Shown piece after piece: positions 9,175-18,947 of a DNA stretch of 57,070 bases. Origin of the DNA: a virus (Duplodnaviria > Caudoviricetes); the IMG/VR virus record IMGVR_UViG_3300031949_000043, positions 1 through 57,070 of that record; one strand, 5' to 3'. The notes beneath the pieces were generated by a model that was not told where the DNA came from, searched no databases, and saw only the letters and a list, made by a program, of their open reading frames with translations. The position numbers and the translations under genes are program-made. How positions within the stretch are numbered: position 1 is the stretch's first letter; each line of letters opens with the position of its first letter.

Positions 9175-9899
9175 ACATGGCATCGATCAAGAACTTCGAC
9201 TACCCGATACCAAAGCCGTGGATCGCCCAGCAACTCCGGGAACGACCCAACCCGGTCATTCTGGAGATCGGCTGCAACGATGGCAAGGACACCTTGGAGT
9301 TCATGGAGCAACTTCCGCGCATCCACTTGCATGCCTTCGAGCCCGATCCGCGTCCGCGTAGGCGATTCGAGAAATCGCTAGGCGCACCATTGCCGGATAC
9401 CCTTGGCCCCCACCATCAGGTCCTGCACAATCCGCGCATGAGCACCACGCTCTGGTTCTATCCGGTCGCAATCGGAGAGCGAGACGGCGATGTCCCATTC
9501 TTTCAGAGCAATGGGAACATCCCGGGGGCGCACGTTGTGGACTGGGACTTGTCCGGCTCGATCCGCGAACCGACGGGGCATCTCAAGCGCGACAAGCAGG
9601 TGAAGTTTGAACGGATGATCACCGTACCGTGCTGGCGGCTAGACACTTGGATGAGTTGTGTCAATTATCCGATCATCGACTTCATCTGGATGGATGTTCA
9701 GGGTGCCGAGGGGGATGTCATTCGCGGCGGGCCAGAGACGCTCAAGCGGACGCGGATGATCTACACTGAATTTTATAATGTGCCACAGTACGAAGGCCAA
9801 CCAAATCTCCAGCAGATACTCGATCTGCTCGGACCAACGTGGAAATTGGTCTCGACATTCGAGGGGTACAACGCCCTGATCGCCAACGCGGCGCAATAG
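9171..9899 (+). CDS. FkbM-family SAM-dependent methyltransferase
   Basis: ILEIGCNDG, HAFEPDP, LDTW, IDFIWMDVQGAE, IYTE. Confidence 0.9.
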   Translation: MNMASIKNFDYPIPKPWIAQQLRERPNPVILEIGCNDGKDTLEFMEQLPRIHLHAFEPDPRPRRRFEKSLGAPLPDTLGPHHQVLHNPRMSTTLWFYPVAIGERDGDVPFFQSNGNIPGAHVVDWDLSGSIREPTGHLKRDKQVKFERMITVPCWRLDTWMSCVNYPIIDFIWMDVQGAEGDVIRGGPETLKRTRMIYTEFYNVPQYEGQPNLQQILDLLGPTWKLVSTFEGYNALIANAAQ

Positions 9900-9907
9900 G
9901 ACTGATA

Positions 9908-10657
9908 ATGCCAACCCAGAACGCGATCGATTACTGGTACGTGAACTTGGCGTCACGGCCCGACCGAAACGATCATGCCTGCTTCGAGTTCGCCAAGGCC
10001 GGAATCTTCGCGCGGCGATTTGAAGCGTATACGCCGGATCAGTATCCCGGAGCCCAAGACAAGATCGCGCGCATGAAGGCTCGGACGCCGGGGGCCATCG
10101 GGTGCATGATGTCCCAGATGGCCGTCATGCGAACGGCGCAGGGGTCTGATCGTGCGGTCGGCGTATTCGAGGACGACGTGGTACTATGCAGCGACTTCAA
10201 AGATCGCATCTCGTATCTCTGTGAACATCTACCGGATGACTGGGATATCGCGTGGCTTGGCTCGACCGTGCATGTCAACCCGCCGGTCTGGCACAAGACA
10301 ACGCTGAAGCGCGATCTGGAGCGTACCCCGGACAAGCGGATCTTCCGGGCCTACGGCGTCTGGTCAACTTATGCCTATTTGGTGCGAGGGTCGAGCGTGG
10401 CACGGGTACTCGATCTGTGCGACCAGAATATGTATCGATCGGACGGCATCGATCACTGCATGATGCTCTACGTGCAGCCCACCTTGAGAACCTATTGCCT
10501 GATGCCCGGTTCAACGTGGCAGTACGACAACAAGAGCAACATCGGTACGGGCATGACGGAATTCAGTACGTTCAAGAAACTTGGACCATACGTCTGGGCT
10601 GATCATATGGAAGATTTCGATCCGGACACGTTCGACTGGGCGGAGGCCGCGCGATGA
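9908..10657 (+). CDS. Glycosyltransferase family 25-like
   Basis: YVNLASRPDR, GAIGCMMS, VFEDDV, DWDIAWLG, STYAYLV. Confidence 0.85.
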   Translation: MPTQNAIDYWYVNLASRPDRNDHACFEFAKAGIFARRFEAYTPDQYPGAQDKIARMKARTPGAIGCMMSQMAVMRTAQGSDRAVGVFEDDVVLCSDFKDRISYLCEHLPDDWDIAWLGSTVHVNPPVWHKTTLKRDLERTPDKRIFRAYGVWSTYAYLVRGSSVARVLDLCDQNMYRSDGIDHCMMLYVQPTLRTYCLMPGSTWQYDNKSNIGTGMTEFSTFKKLGPYVWADHMEDFDPDTFDWAEAAR

Positions 10658-11208
10658 GATACCCGCCGTCGATCACCCATCGCATTCAACTTGGCGATCT
10701 CATGCGCGAGCGAAAAGTGTTCGGAGCAGTCGCGGAAATTGGGGTTGCGTCCGGTTTGTTCTCCGCAGATATTCTCCGCTGGGGAGTACCTCTTCTCTAT
10801 CTCGTCGATGTCTGGAAATGCAGCCCGCAACTCAAGGGAGATGGGGCATTCCCGCAAGAATGGCATGACGCGAACTTGGCGGCGTGTCATCATCGTCTGA
10901 GAGATTACGAAGACCGAACATTCTTCCTCCACGGTCTTTCGCACGAGATGGCCAAGTGCGTTCCGGATCTGTCTCTCGGCATGGTCTATCTGGACGGTAG
11001 CCACGATTACGCCGCGGTATTGCGCGATCTGAATGCATGGACTCCCAAGTTGGTATCAGGTGGGATCATGGCCGGGCACGACTACATGACTACGGCATAT
11101 GGGGTTCACAAGGCCGTGAATGAGTTTGCCATGAACGTCAGGTTGATCCCAGACAACAGCAGCGCCGACTCCGGTTTTTGGTTTACCAAGAAAGATCAGG
11201 TGTATTGA
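10654..11208 (+). CDS. Class I SAM methyltransferase (Methyltransf_24-like)
   Basis: AEIGVASG, LVDVW, VYLDGSHDY, GGIMAGHDY, GV.KAV.EF. Confidence 0.85.
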   Translation: MRYPPSITHRIQLGDLMRERKVFGAVAEIGVASGLFSADILRWGVPLLYLVDVWKCSPQLKGDGAFPQEWHDANLAACHHRLRDYEDRTFFLHGLSHEMAKCVPDLSLGMVYLDGSHDYAAVLRDLNAWTPKLVSGGIMAGHDYMTTAYGVHKAVNEFAMNVRLIPDNSSADSGFWFTKKDQVY

Positions 11209-11870
11209 TGACCAAAGCGGAACTCAATGGCCTGCGCGGCGAGGTGATCGTGGAAGACATTTACGGTCTGCGCACGCTCACTGGACCGATCGATGTCGTA
11301 TTCGATCTTGGTGCCAACGTCGGATTGTTCGCCGAGCACGCGAGATCGCTATTCCCCGAGGCCAAGATTGTCTGCGTCGAGCCACACCCGGAAAATTTCG
11401 CGGAGCTACAAAAAAGGCACGGGCATGATCCGAAGATCGTGCTGATCAACCGTGCGATCGGCGACGGACCGGTGTTTCACGCCGTGGGTGCGGCCAATGG
11501 CTCGTGCGAGTGTTATCTTCCTGCTGGATTCGGCTACGACTTGGCGGAGATGCGACTGGATCCTCGGCTTACGGAAAGCGAAATTCGATCGATCGGCGTC
11601 GATGACTTGGTGGGCGAGTACGCGGGATGGCTAGACCGATATGTGATCAAAATGGACATCGAGGGTGCCGAGAACGCGGTGTTCGCCGATCCCCTGTCGC
11701 GGGCGGCGCTTCGCGGGGCCGCCCATCTCGCTATCGAGGTCCACCATTACGCGCTCAATGCCGAGGTTCATCCCGAGATGGTCCGCAATGTCGATCGCGT
11801 ACTCGCCGAATTCGGGCAGACCCATGATTGCCAGATGAAGCATGTCATTTTTACGGCGCGCAGGAAATGA
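11208..11870 (+). CDS. FkbM-family methyltransferase
   Basis: VFDLGANVG, VEPHPENF, IKMDIEGAE, IEVH. Confidence 0.9.
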   Translation: MTKAELNGLRGEVIVEDIYGLRTLTGPIDVVFDLGANVGLFAEHARSLFPEAKIVCVEPHPENFAELQKRHGHDPKIVLINRAIGDGPVFHAVGAANGSCECYLPAGFGYDLAEMRLDPRLTESEIRSIGVDDLVGEYAGWLDRYVIKMDIEGAENAVFADPLSRAALRGAAHLAIEVHHYALNAEVHPEMVRNVDRVLAEFGQTHDCQMKHVIFTARRK

Positions 11871-11882
11871 AGGAAGGCCAAG

Positions 11883-12680
11883 ATGCCACAGATCGACTGG
11901 CAGAAATTCCACGAATTCAAATATGAACTCAGCATAATGCTGGGCGAACTGGATCGCTCGCCGAAATTCCACGAATTCAAATACGAACTTAACATGATGC
12001 TTAGCGCGATGGATCGCTTGATTCGGAGTTCCCATCCGCCCGTCGGCATTGTGGGAAGTCAGTGTGGCGAAGACGAAATCATCGGCAGGCTATTGCAGGA
12101 ACCAACCGGATTCTACGTCGATGTTGGCGCGGGATCGCCCGTCGAATGCTCGAATACGTTCAAGCTCTACCAGCGCGGTTGGCGTGGATTGTTGGTCGAG
12201 TGCCTGCCAAGCGCGTGGCACGCGCTATTGCGTCATCGACCGGGAGATCTTCTATCGCCGCTGGCGGCGCTAGACACGCACTGTTTCGCCCGATTGCGCG
12301 TCGCCGATTCCGTTAGTTCGATAAGGCCCGACTGGGACATTGCGGAGTTGGGAGAAGTCATCGTCGAATGCGATACGCTCGCGAACATCTTGGCTCCCTT
12401 CCCCGAGATCCGCGACGGCTGCTCGCTGCTGTCGATCGACGTTGAGGGCGCGGAGGCGCTGGTCATCAAGGGCATCGACTGGAACACGTTCCACCCGAAG
12501 GTAATCATCGTCGAGAAAATTCGGTATCACCACGATGCAGCAGCGCGCGCCGCGTGGCTGGCCAAGCATGGCGAGTCAGATGCCAGCGATGATCTGTCGC
12601 CGGAATGGCACGGCATGCTGACCGCGCAGGGATATCTGGTTCATCAAATGAATCACCTCAACAGGATTTACGTCAAGTAA
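11883..12680 (+). CDS. FkbM-family methyltransferase with duplicated 20-aa N-terminal segment
   Basis: SQCGED, GFYVDVGA..P...SNT, GWRGLLVE, LLSIDVEGAE, PKVIIVE. Confidence 0.88.
   Translation: MPQIDWQKFHEFKYELSIMLGELDRSPKFHEFKYELNMMLSAMDRLIRSSHPPVGIVGSQCGEDEIIGRLLQEPTGFYVDVGAGSPVECSNTFKLYQRGWRGLLVECLPSAWHALLRHRPGDLLSPLAALDTHCFARLRVADSVSSIRPDWDIAELGEVIVECDTLANILAPFPEIRDGCSLLSIDVEGAEALVIKGIDWNTFHPKVIIVEKIRYHHDAAARAAWLAKHGESDASDDLSPEWHGMLTAQGYLVHQMNHLNRIYVK
11903..12018 (+). repeat. Imperfect 60-bp tandem duplication (2 copies)
   Basis: GAAATTCCACGAATTCAAATA(T/C)GAACT...GGATCGCT starts at 11903 and 11963. Confidence 0.9.
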
Positions 12681-12683
12681 GCC

Positions 12684-13409
12684 ATGTTCATCACCGCATT
12701 CTCACTTACCTGCAACCGCCCGCACTTGCTCTCTCGCGTCATCAGATGCTTCGAGCGGCAAACGTATCCGGCGAAGGATCGCTACCTCATAGTCCTCGAC
12801 GACTTGTGCCAATACGACAACTACAAAGGAGACCGCTGGGAAATGATCTCTCTGCCACGGCGGATACTTTCGCTCGGAGAGAAGAACAACGCCGCAATCG
12901 CCATGATGCCGCCCGAGACCGAGGCGATCGCCAAAATGGATGACGATGATTTCTACTACCCGCACATGATGGCAGCGCAAGCGGAGGCGTTGATGCGCGG
13001 CGAGTGGGTGCAGCCCCGGCACGCGATAGACCACGTAGATAACGAGTGGGTGCAGATCGAAACATTCAATCGCCAGTTCCCAGAGAAGCATGCTTATCAC
13101 GGCGGCTGGGCGTATACACGCGAATTGTTCGTTCGACTCGGCGGATACGGCGCTGATTACGCAGGTGACGATGGGCCATTGCAGGAGCGGTGGCTTGCCG
13201 GTGGCGCAGCGTCTGTCGATATCGTGGGACCGCCCTACTACCGATACAACAGGCCGCTCCCCAATCGCATCAGCATGATCGGTCCAGACCGTGATGCCTA
13301 CGAAAAGTGTGGCGCTGGCGCGCAGTTCGTCGGCAAGATTCCAGAGTGGACTGATGAGACGGATTGGAACACGCCGATCCCAGAGAAAATTATTCAACGA
13401 GGCTGGTGA
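12684..13409 (+). CDS. Glycosyltransferase, GT2-like
   Basis: TCNRP.LL..VIRCFERQTYP, IVLDD, LGEKNN, KMDDDDFY. Confidence 0.85.
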   Translation: MFITAFSLTCNRPHLLSRVIRCFERQTYPAKDRYLIVLDDLCQYDNYKGDRWEMISLPRRILSLGEKNNAAIAMMPPETEAIAKMDDDDFYYPHMMAAQAEALMRGEWVQPRHAIDHVDNEWVQIETFNRQFPEKHAYHGGWAYTRELFVRLGGYGADYAGDDGPLQERWLAGGAASVDIVGPPYYRYNRPLPNRISMIGPDRDAYEKCGAGAQFVGKIPEWTDETDWNTPIPEKIIQRGW

Positions 13410-13969
13410 TGGAAGTCACAAAACGCAATGACCTGTTTGCCCTCTTGAACGAACGCGGCCTTAGAGGAAACGCTGTCGAGATCGGAGTTGCCGAGGGCGG
13501 GTACTCGTTCTACTTGCTCGACTGTGTGCCCGGCATGGTCTGTTATCAGGTCGATCCGTGGTGCGAACTCGATAGCACGGAATACAACGACTACAACAAT
13601 GTTTCGGTTCGGGAACATCTGCGGAGATACCGGTTGGTCGTCGAGACCGCCAGAAAATACAACGGCCGCGCCGTCCCCCTTCGATGCTTCTCGCGCGAGG
13701 CGGCGACGATGTTCGACGACGGTTTCTTCGACTTCGTGTACATCGATGCGAATCACCGTCTGGACTTCATCCGCGAGGATTTGCTGCTCTGGTATCCGAA
13801 GGTAAAGTCCGGCGGCGTGTTCGCCGGCCACGATTATCTCGACGGCGTGATCAAGTCGGGGGAATATGGCGTTCGGACGGCAGTAGATGAATTCGCTGCC
13901 AAGCACAACTTGACGATCAACGTGACGCTTGAGGCGGACTATCCGTCATGGTGGATCGTCAAGCCATGA
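13409..13969 (+). CDS. Class I SAM methyltransferase (Methyltransf_24-like), paralog of 10654..11208
   Basis: VEIGVAEG, VDPW, FDFVYIDANH, KSGGVFAGHDY, GV.TAVDEF. Confidence 0.88.
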   Translation: MEVTKRNDLFALLNERGLRGNAVEIGVAEGGYSFYLLDCVPGMVCYQVDPWCELDSTEYNDYNNVSVREHLRRYRLVVETARKYNGRAVPLRCFSREAATMFDDGFFDFVYIDANHRLDFIREDLLLWYPKVKSGGVFAGHDYLDGVIKSGEYGVRTAVDEFAAKHNLTINVTLEADYPSWWIVKP

Positions 13970-14745
13970 ACTGGAACCTGCCAGAATCCATCATCGAAAG
14001 CTGGCTGGCGGATTGCCGGCTGGCGATATCTTCGCCGGAAGCGTTCGCCACTTTCCGGCAAATGCCGCACGTTACCTACATCACCGAGAATTGGCACGCC
14101 CATCACGTCGATGAACTCTGGGGGAGTGCGAAAAGCATCTATCCGGGGATCGCGCGGCGATTGCCGGAAATTTCGGCCTCGGACGCGCTGGGTGGGTCGG
14201 CTGCTTCGGACGTAGCGACGGTGGATGGATATCCGCTGTCTGGATGCGCCGCCCACGCGGCGCTGCGGGCGGCACAGATCGTCTCGTTGTTCGGTCGTGG
14301 CCCGTTCGATATTGCCGAGATCGGCGGAGGCTACGGGTGTCTGGCCAACGTGTTGAATCACGTCGGGCTGGTCCGCAGCTACATCGGCTTCGATCTTCCG
14401 GATCCGGCCGCGTTGCAGCAGCGTTACTTGACGGCGCAGGGCTGGCTGGGCGAATGGCCGCAAGCGGGCGAGATTCCTCGCGACAGATATGACCTGTGCA
14501 TCAGCATCTACAGCATTTCAGAGTTGAACGAAATCGCCCGCGATGATTATGCCGAGCGAGTGCTGCGTCGAAGTCGCCGTGGGTTTCATGTGTGGAACTG
14601 GGGCCGTGAATATTGGTACGCGCCGTCGGATGCAGAAAAGGTGCGGGAATGGCTGTCGGTGATCTCTTCGGCTGTGATCCAAGGCCCACACGGTCCGGGC
14701 ATGTGGAAGGGGGTCTTTGCTTGGGGAGGGGATAAATCACCATGA
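13966..14745 (+). CDS. Putative sugar O-methyltransferase
   Basis: IAEIGGGYG, FDLP, QQRYL, YDLCISIYSISEL motifs. Confidence 0.75.
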   Translation: MNWNLPESIIESWLADCRLAISSPEAFATFRQMPHVTYITENWHAHHVDELWGSAKSIYPGIARRLPEISASDALGGSAASDVATVDGYPLSGCAAHAALRAAQIVSLFGRGPFDIAEIGGGYGCLANVLNHVGLVRSYIGFDLPDPAALQQRYLTAQGWLGEWPQAGEIPRDRYDLCISIYSISELNEIARDDYAERVLRRSRRGFHVWNWGREYWYAPSDAEKVREWLSVISSAVIQGPHGPGMWKGVFAWGGDKSP

Positions 14746-15383
14746 AAAAACTACTGGTCACAATCGCGACAGAGAACATTCTTCCTCACTGCGGCGAGAT
14801 TCTGGAAACGCAGAGCGCATACGCGGCGGCCAACGGCTACGAGTACCGCCTCGTGAGCGATCTGCATTGGAAGGACATGCATCCATCCTTCAGCAAGGTG
14901 TGGGAGATTCATCGGGCGCTCGAAGAGGGATACGACTTCTTCATCTGGGCCGACGCAGATGTCGCGTTCATGGATCCGGCTTACGACTTCCTGAAGCTGC
15001 TAGAGCCCGACTACTTCGTGGCCGCGTATCAACAGACAAATTGGCGGTCGTGGAAGTATCTGTGCAACGGGCTGTTCATCATGCGGAACACACAGCAAGC
15101 CAAAGCCTACGTCAAGGAATGGATGCGCCGTTGCGAGTTGCGAACCATGGTCGATATGCCTTATGAGCAATGGTTTTGGGACGAACTCATGCGCGAGACC
15201 AACTGGGCGAACATACGCTGCTGCACCGCCGCCGAGATCGGATGCTTCTCGTCGCAGATTTGGCACGACGGCACGATCTGGCAGCCGGGCATGCCGACCG
15301 TTCATCTTGGCGGCCCTGCCGACTGGCCGCGTCGTCGGCAAGTCTTCGTCGATAACTACCTGCCACTGGTCAAGCGCGCATGA
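14742..15383 (+). CDS. Glycosyltransferase family 34-like (galactosyl/xylosyl-transferase)
   Basis: YAAANGYEY, SFSKV, YDFFIWADADV, NGLFIMRN, EQ, VHLGG. Confidence 0.75.
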   Translation: MKKLLVTIATENILPHCGEILETQSAYAAANGYEYRLVSDLHWKDMHPSFSKVWEIHRALEEGYDFFIWADADVAFMDPAYDFLKLLEPDYFVAAYQQTNWRSWKYLCNGLFIMRNTQQAKAYVKEWMRRCELRTMVDMPYEQWFWDELMRETNWANIRCCTAAEIGCFSSQIWHDGTIWQPGMPTVHLGGPADWPRRRQVFVDNYLPLVKRA

Positions 15384-16360
15384 AAACCATCGGGCTATTG
15401 ATCACCGCATACGAGGAACACAAGCGACTAGGGAAACTCCAGCGTGCGGCGGAGATTGCATTTGCCGACGAGCGTATCCGCGAACTGGTGGTGTGGGACG
15501 ACTCGGGGGACGGCAGCGATGGAATGCGCCACTTCTCGTCCGTATGTGCCGAGTTTCGCCGCAGGTGTCCGGCGCATCTCAAGCTCGTGACCGGATGGAA
15601 CCAGAAAAATCGCGGCGTGTTCGGCAACAAACTAGCGGCCATCCGCGCCAGCCGCTCCGCATGGGTGCAATCGCTGGACTCGGACAACCATTTCGGCGCA
15701 GAGTATCTCGACACGCTGTTCGCCATCGAGTGGTTGCCGCATCTGATGATCTCGCCGTCATATGCGGCCCCCGAATTCGACTACCGTGAAAAATCAGGTC
15801 ATAAGATCACATTGTCCAACGCGGTTACTTTTTTCGAGTGGCCGCGCGCCTGCTGTCTGCTGAATACCGGCAATCAATTCTTCTACCAGCCTGGCATGCT
15901 TACGATTATGGCCAATGCCAAGGAGGAGTCGTTCCACTTGGATCAGCCGGATTATTTCCACGCTGGACCGAACTTGGAAGAGGTGCGCTGGCGTAAGGTA
16001 TACGACGCCGGAGATTCGTTCTATTTCAACAAGCGCTGGCTGGAGGCTGGCAACGAAATTCTTGTCGCCCCCGGTCTGACCTACCAGCACGAGGTACACA
16101 AGGGCAGTTCGTGGCAGGCGGCACCGCCGGAGAAGGAAATCCTGACGATCATCTATGCGATGGAATTGATAGACCGCGCCAATGACATCTCTGCCGGGTA
16201 CGTTGTAGAAGGGATCGGTCCGGCGTATTCGGTGCGTCCGCCGCTTCCCGTGCAGGCACACGAGCGCGTTGTGGTCATGCGGAGGCGAACGGGAGATGAT
16301 CAATATCGCATTTGGGTCCGCATCGTCCAGCCGCGGATATTGCGATCGGTGAAACTCTAG
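15380..16360 (+). CDS. Putative GT-A glycosyltransferase
   Basis: LLITAY, VVWDDS, NRGVFGNK, SLDSDN, LNTGN, Y.H.VH. Confidence 0.7.
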   Translation: MKTIGLLITAYEEHKRLGKLQRAAEIAFADERIRELVVWDDSGDGSDGMRHFSSVCAEFRRRCPAHLKLVTGWNQKNRGVFGNKLAAIRASRSAWVQSLDSDNHFGAEYLDTLFAIEWLPHLMISPSYAAPEFDYREKSGHKITLSNAVTFFEWPRACCLLNTGNQFFYQPGMLTIMANAKEESFHLDQPDYFHAGPNLEEVRWRKVYDAGDSFYFNKRWLEAGNEILVAPGLTYQHEVHKGSSWQAAPPEKEILTIIYAMELIDRANDISAGYVVEGIGPAYSVRPPLPVQAHERVVVMRRRTGDDQYRIWVRIVQPRILRSVKL

Positions 16361-17269
16361 ATGCCCGTGCTGCAAATGACACAACTCGGGCGGATGGGGC
16401 GTGCCGGAAATTCATTCGTCCAATATGCATTTCTGAAGATCTATAGCCGAAGACATGGGCTGGCCGTTCAGGTGCCGCCGTGGATTGGCGAGACGCTTTT
16501 TGGTTTCCGGGATGCGCCTCCGGGGCGGATTCTGCCGGCGTTCCATGAGAACGTGCATACACCGCGTGGGAAGGAGATCATCCCCAATCTAAAGCAGCCG
16601 CTCCGTGACGTGGATGTGCATGGCTACTTTCAGTACGAAACGTCCTATTATGCGCCAGATCGGGAGTACATCCAGAATTTGTTCGCTAGACCGGCGCAGG
16701 CGATGGTGGACCGGATGTCACCAGCGATCGATCGGCTTCGGCATGGCGCTCAGCAGGTGATCGGCGTGCATGTCCGGCGTGGCGACTATGGGCAGAGAAA
16801 GACGATATTCTATCTCACGCCGATCGACTGGTATGTAGAGGCGCTCGATCGGCTTGTGACGCCAAGCACGACCGTGTTTGTGTCATCCGATGATCCGACG
16901 GTCGTTCGGTCTTTTGCCAAATACAATCCTGTGACCGCACCCGATCTCGGCATCAATCTCTCCAAAGATCCGCTGCCGGGAATTTGTCATCTGGCCAAGG
17001 ATGTTCGGGATGGAAATGCGACGGCGCTGGACTTTTTCCCCGACTGGGAACTCCTGCGGCATTGCGACACCATGTTGATCCCCAACAGCACATTCTCGTT
17101 CACCGCCGCGTGGCTGAGCACATGCGCACAATCGGTCTGGCGGTCTAATCCGGATACGCGGAGATTCGAGGCGATAGACCCATGGGATTCGCCGATGGCC
17201 CAGTTCTTCGATCCCAGTCAATACCAGCACGTTCCGGGGATGTGGATGGAGAAGAATTTATATTGGTGA
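16361..17269 (+). CDS. Glycosyltransferase family 11 (alpha-1,2-fucosyltransferase-like)
   Basis: GRAGNSFVQY, GYFQ, GVHVRRGDY, VSSDD, NSTFSFTAAWL. Confidence 0.88.
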   Translation: MPVLQMTQLGRMGRAGNSFVQYAFLKIYSRRHGLAVQVPPWIGETLFGFRDAPPGRILPAFHENVHTPRGKEIIPNLKQPLRDVDVHGYFQYETSYYAPDREYIQNLFARPAQAMVDRMSPAIDRLRHGAQQVIGVHVRRGDYGQRKTIFYLTPIDWYVEALDRLVTPSTTVFVSSDDPTVVRSFAKYNPVTAPDLGINLSKDPLPGICHLAKDVRDGNATALDFFPDWELLRHCDTMLIPNSTFSFTAAWLSTCAQSVWRSNPDTRRFEAIDPWDSPMAQFFDPSQYQHVPGMWMEKNLYW

Positions 17270-17300
17270 ACGAGCAGCCCGTGCGTCTGCTATAGGCAAT

Positions 17301-17489
17301 GTGATGAGCGACAATGACCAGAAGGACGAGATAGAATATCCGATGCGCGCCGTGTCGGAATCAGACTTTCGCCGCTTGGCCGTCATCCGCGGCTGGCGGG
17401 AGAAGGTGATCGGGTTGTTTTGCAAGCAGCCATGGTGCAACCGATTCGTGAAAGTTGGAGAGGAACGTCTGAAGATCGTCCGGGGATAG
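17301..17489 (+). CDS. Hypothetical protein
   Basis: Fills the gap in the operon; no motif recognised. Confidence 0.4.
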   Translation: MMSDNDQKDEIEYPMRAVSESDFRRLAVIRGWREKVIGLFCKQPWCNRFVKVGEERLKIVRG

Positions 17490-17494
17490 CCAAA

Positions 17495-18172
17495 ATGAAC
17501 ATAACGGCGATCACCGTTTGCGTTGACTACTCGGACTACCTATCTCCCCATATCGGAAAATGGCGGAAGGGCATAGAGAAAATGATCGTCGTGAGCGACG
17601 AGAAGGATGAAAAAACCAATGGGCTGTGCATGTTGTATAACGCGCTCTGTCACAGAACCGGGGTCTTCTATGCCAATGGCGCATCGTTCAACAAGGGCGC
17701 GGCGCTATCCGAGGCGATCGCGGAACATCGCGTGATCGAACGTGCCGACTGGGTGCTCCTGTTCGATGCCGATATGATCCCACCGGATGGCTGGCGGCAG
17801 AAGATCGAGGTTTCGATAAATCTCCAACGCGGATGGCTGTATGGCGCGAATCGGAGGAACGAATCGGGAAAGCAGATCAACGACAACGAGATCGCCGGGT
17901 ACTTCCAGTTATTCCACGCATCGGACGACAACGTGCAGCGGAAACCATTGCTGGAGACCTGTTGGCGTCACGCCGGCTCTTATGATACAGAATTTCAGTC
18001 CCGATGGCCTCGTGGTCGTCGGGCGTTCCTTCCCCTAACATTGATCCATCAGGGTCCGCATAGCACGAACTGGTGGGGTCGCGGGAATGTACAGGCCATG
18101 CAGGAAATGCGGCGGTTTCGTTCGATATATGGCAACTACGAGTACGAGAAGATCAAGCCAGTTTCGTCTTGA
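17495..18172 (+). CDS. Putative GT-A glycosyltransferase
   Basis: AITVCVDYSDYL, FNKGAAL, WVLLFDADM, GYFQLF, D.EF, H.G..NW.GR. Confidence 0.75.
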   Translation: MNITAITVCVDYSDYLSPHIGKWRKGIEKMIVVSDEKDEKTNGLCMLYNALCHRTGVFYANGASFNKGAALSEAIAEHRVIERADWVLLFDADMIPPDGWRQKIEVSINLQRGWLYGANRRNESGKQINDNEIAGYFQLFHASDDNVQRKPLLETCWRHAGSYDTEFQSRWPRGRRAFLPLTLIHQGPHSTNWWGRGNVQAMQEMRRFRSIYGNYEYEKIKPVSS

Positions 18173-18188
18173 TCGGATGCAGGGAAAC

Positions 18189-18488
18189 ATGATTCTACGC
18201 CCGGATGATTTTCAGATCGGCATGTTCGTGACCGTCGCGGAAGCCTCGGAGTTCACGGGATACGTCCATACCATGGACGGCCCGACCGCCGTGGCGATGA
18301 CGAACAGAAATGGCATGGGCATGGTCATGCAGGTCAAGGCGATAGAGCTGCCGTATGTCGCCGTGCATTTTTTGGCCAACGGACGGGCGGTTGTCGGCAT
18401 GCAAGGCATCGACACACGCGCCGTCAAACTGATGAAGGTCAGCGACGAATATGTGAATGCCGTCGTTGGTCCGCCAGTCGTCTGTTAG
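18189..18488 (+). CDS. Hypothetical protein (small beta-barrel-like)
   Basis: AGGGA RBS; last gene before the terminator; start 18177 or 18189. Confidence 0.55.
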   Translation: MILRPDDFQIGMFVTVAEASEFTGYVHTMDGPTAVAMTNRNGMGMVMQVKAIELPYVAVHFLANGRAVVGMQGIDTRAVKLMKVSDEYVNAVVGPPVVC

Positions 18489-18520
18489 ATGGATTGCCTA
18501 ACTTAACTCCTTCTCCCCCC

Positions 18521-18562
18521 GACGCCCGGACGTTCCAGCCCACGTTCGGGCGTTCTTGTTTT
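18521..18562 (+). terminator. Rho-independent terminator ending the glycosylation operon
   Basis: 13-bp stem GACGCCCGGACGT/ACGTTCGGGCGTT followed by CTTGTTTT. Confidence 0.6.
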
Positions 18563-18577
18563 GCGTCTTTGTCGGGC

Positions 18578-18940
18578 ATGTTATATCGCCCACGAAATCT
18601 GCTGTTTGTCATCCTCATCTCGCTGTATGCCATCGCGGGCTCGGGGTGCATCCCAGCGTTCGATCCGAATGCGACTCCGGTCCAGCGCTCGGTATCGCGC
18701 AAGGAACTGCTGACCAGCACGTTGAATGTCCTCAATGACATGCGCGAGAACGGGTTTATCTCCGACGATCAGCAGCGGGAGATCAAGAAGTTCCGCACGG
18801 CCTCGTTCACGGCGCTCGCCATATTGGATGCGCCGGGGGCCGATCCCAACAGCACCGACTACATCACGGCGTTGCAGCAGTTCCGTGCGGCTCTGCGTGC
18901 TCTAAAGAACATCGAGACCGACGCAACCGTCAACCGCTGA
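18578..18940 (+). CDS. Lipoprotein (helical), possible lysis/spanin-like role
   Basis: MLYRPRNLLFVILISLYAIAGSG|C signal and lipobox-like cysteine. Confidence 0.6.
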   Translation: MLYRPRNLLFVILISLYAIAGSGCIPAFDPNATPVQRSVSRKELLTSTLNVLNDMRENGFISDDQQREIKKFRTASFTALAILDAPGADPNSTDYITALQQFRAALRALKNIETDATVNR

Positions 18941-18947
18941 GGATACC

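Noticed and set aside
6463-18172. Host O-antigen/capsule locus (i.e. bacterial chromosome)
   Set aside because: No Wzx/Wzy/ABC export or sugar-synthesis genes, interspersed typical phage small ORFs, and continuous coupling with portal and sigma genes.
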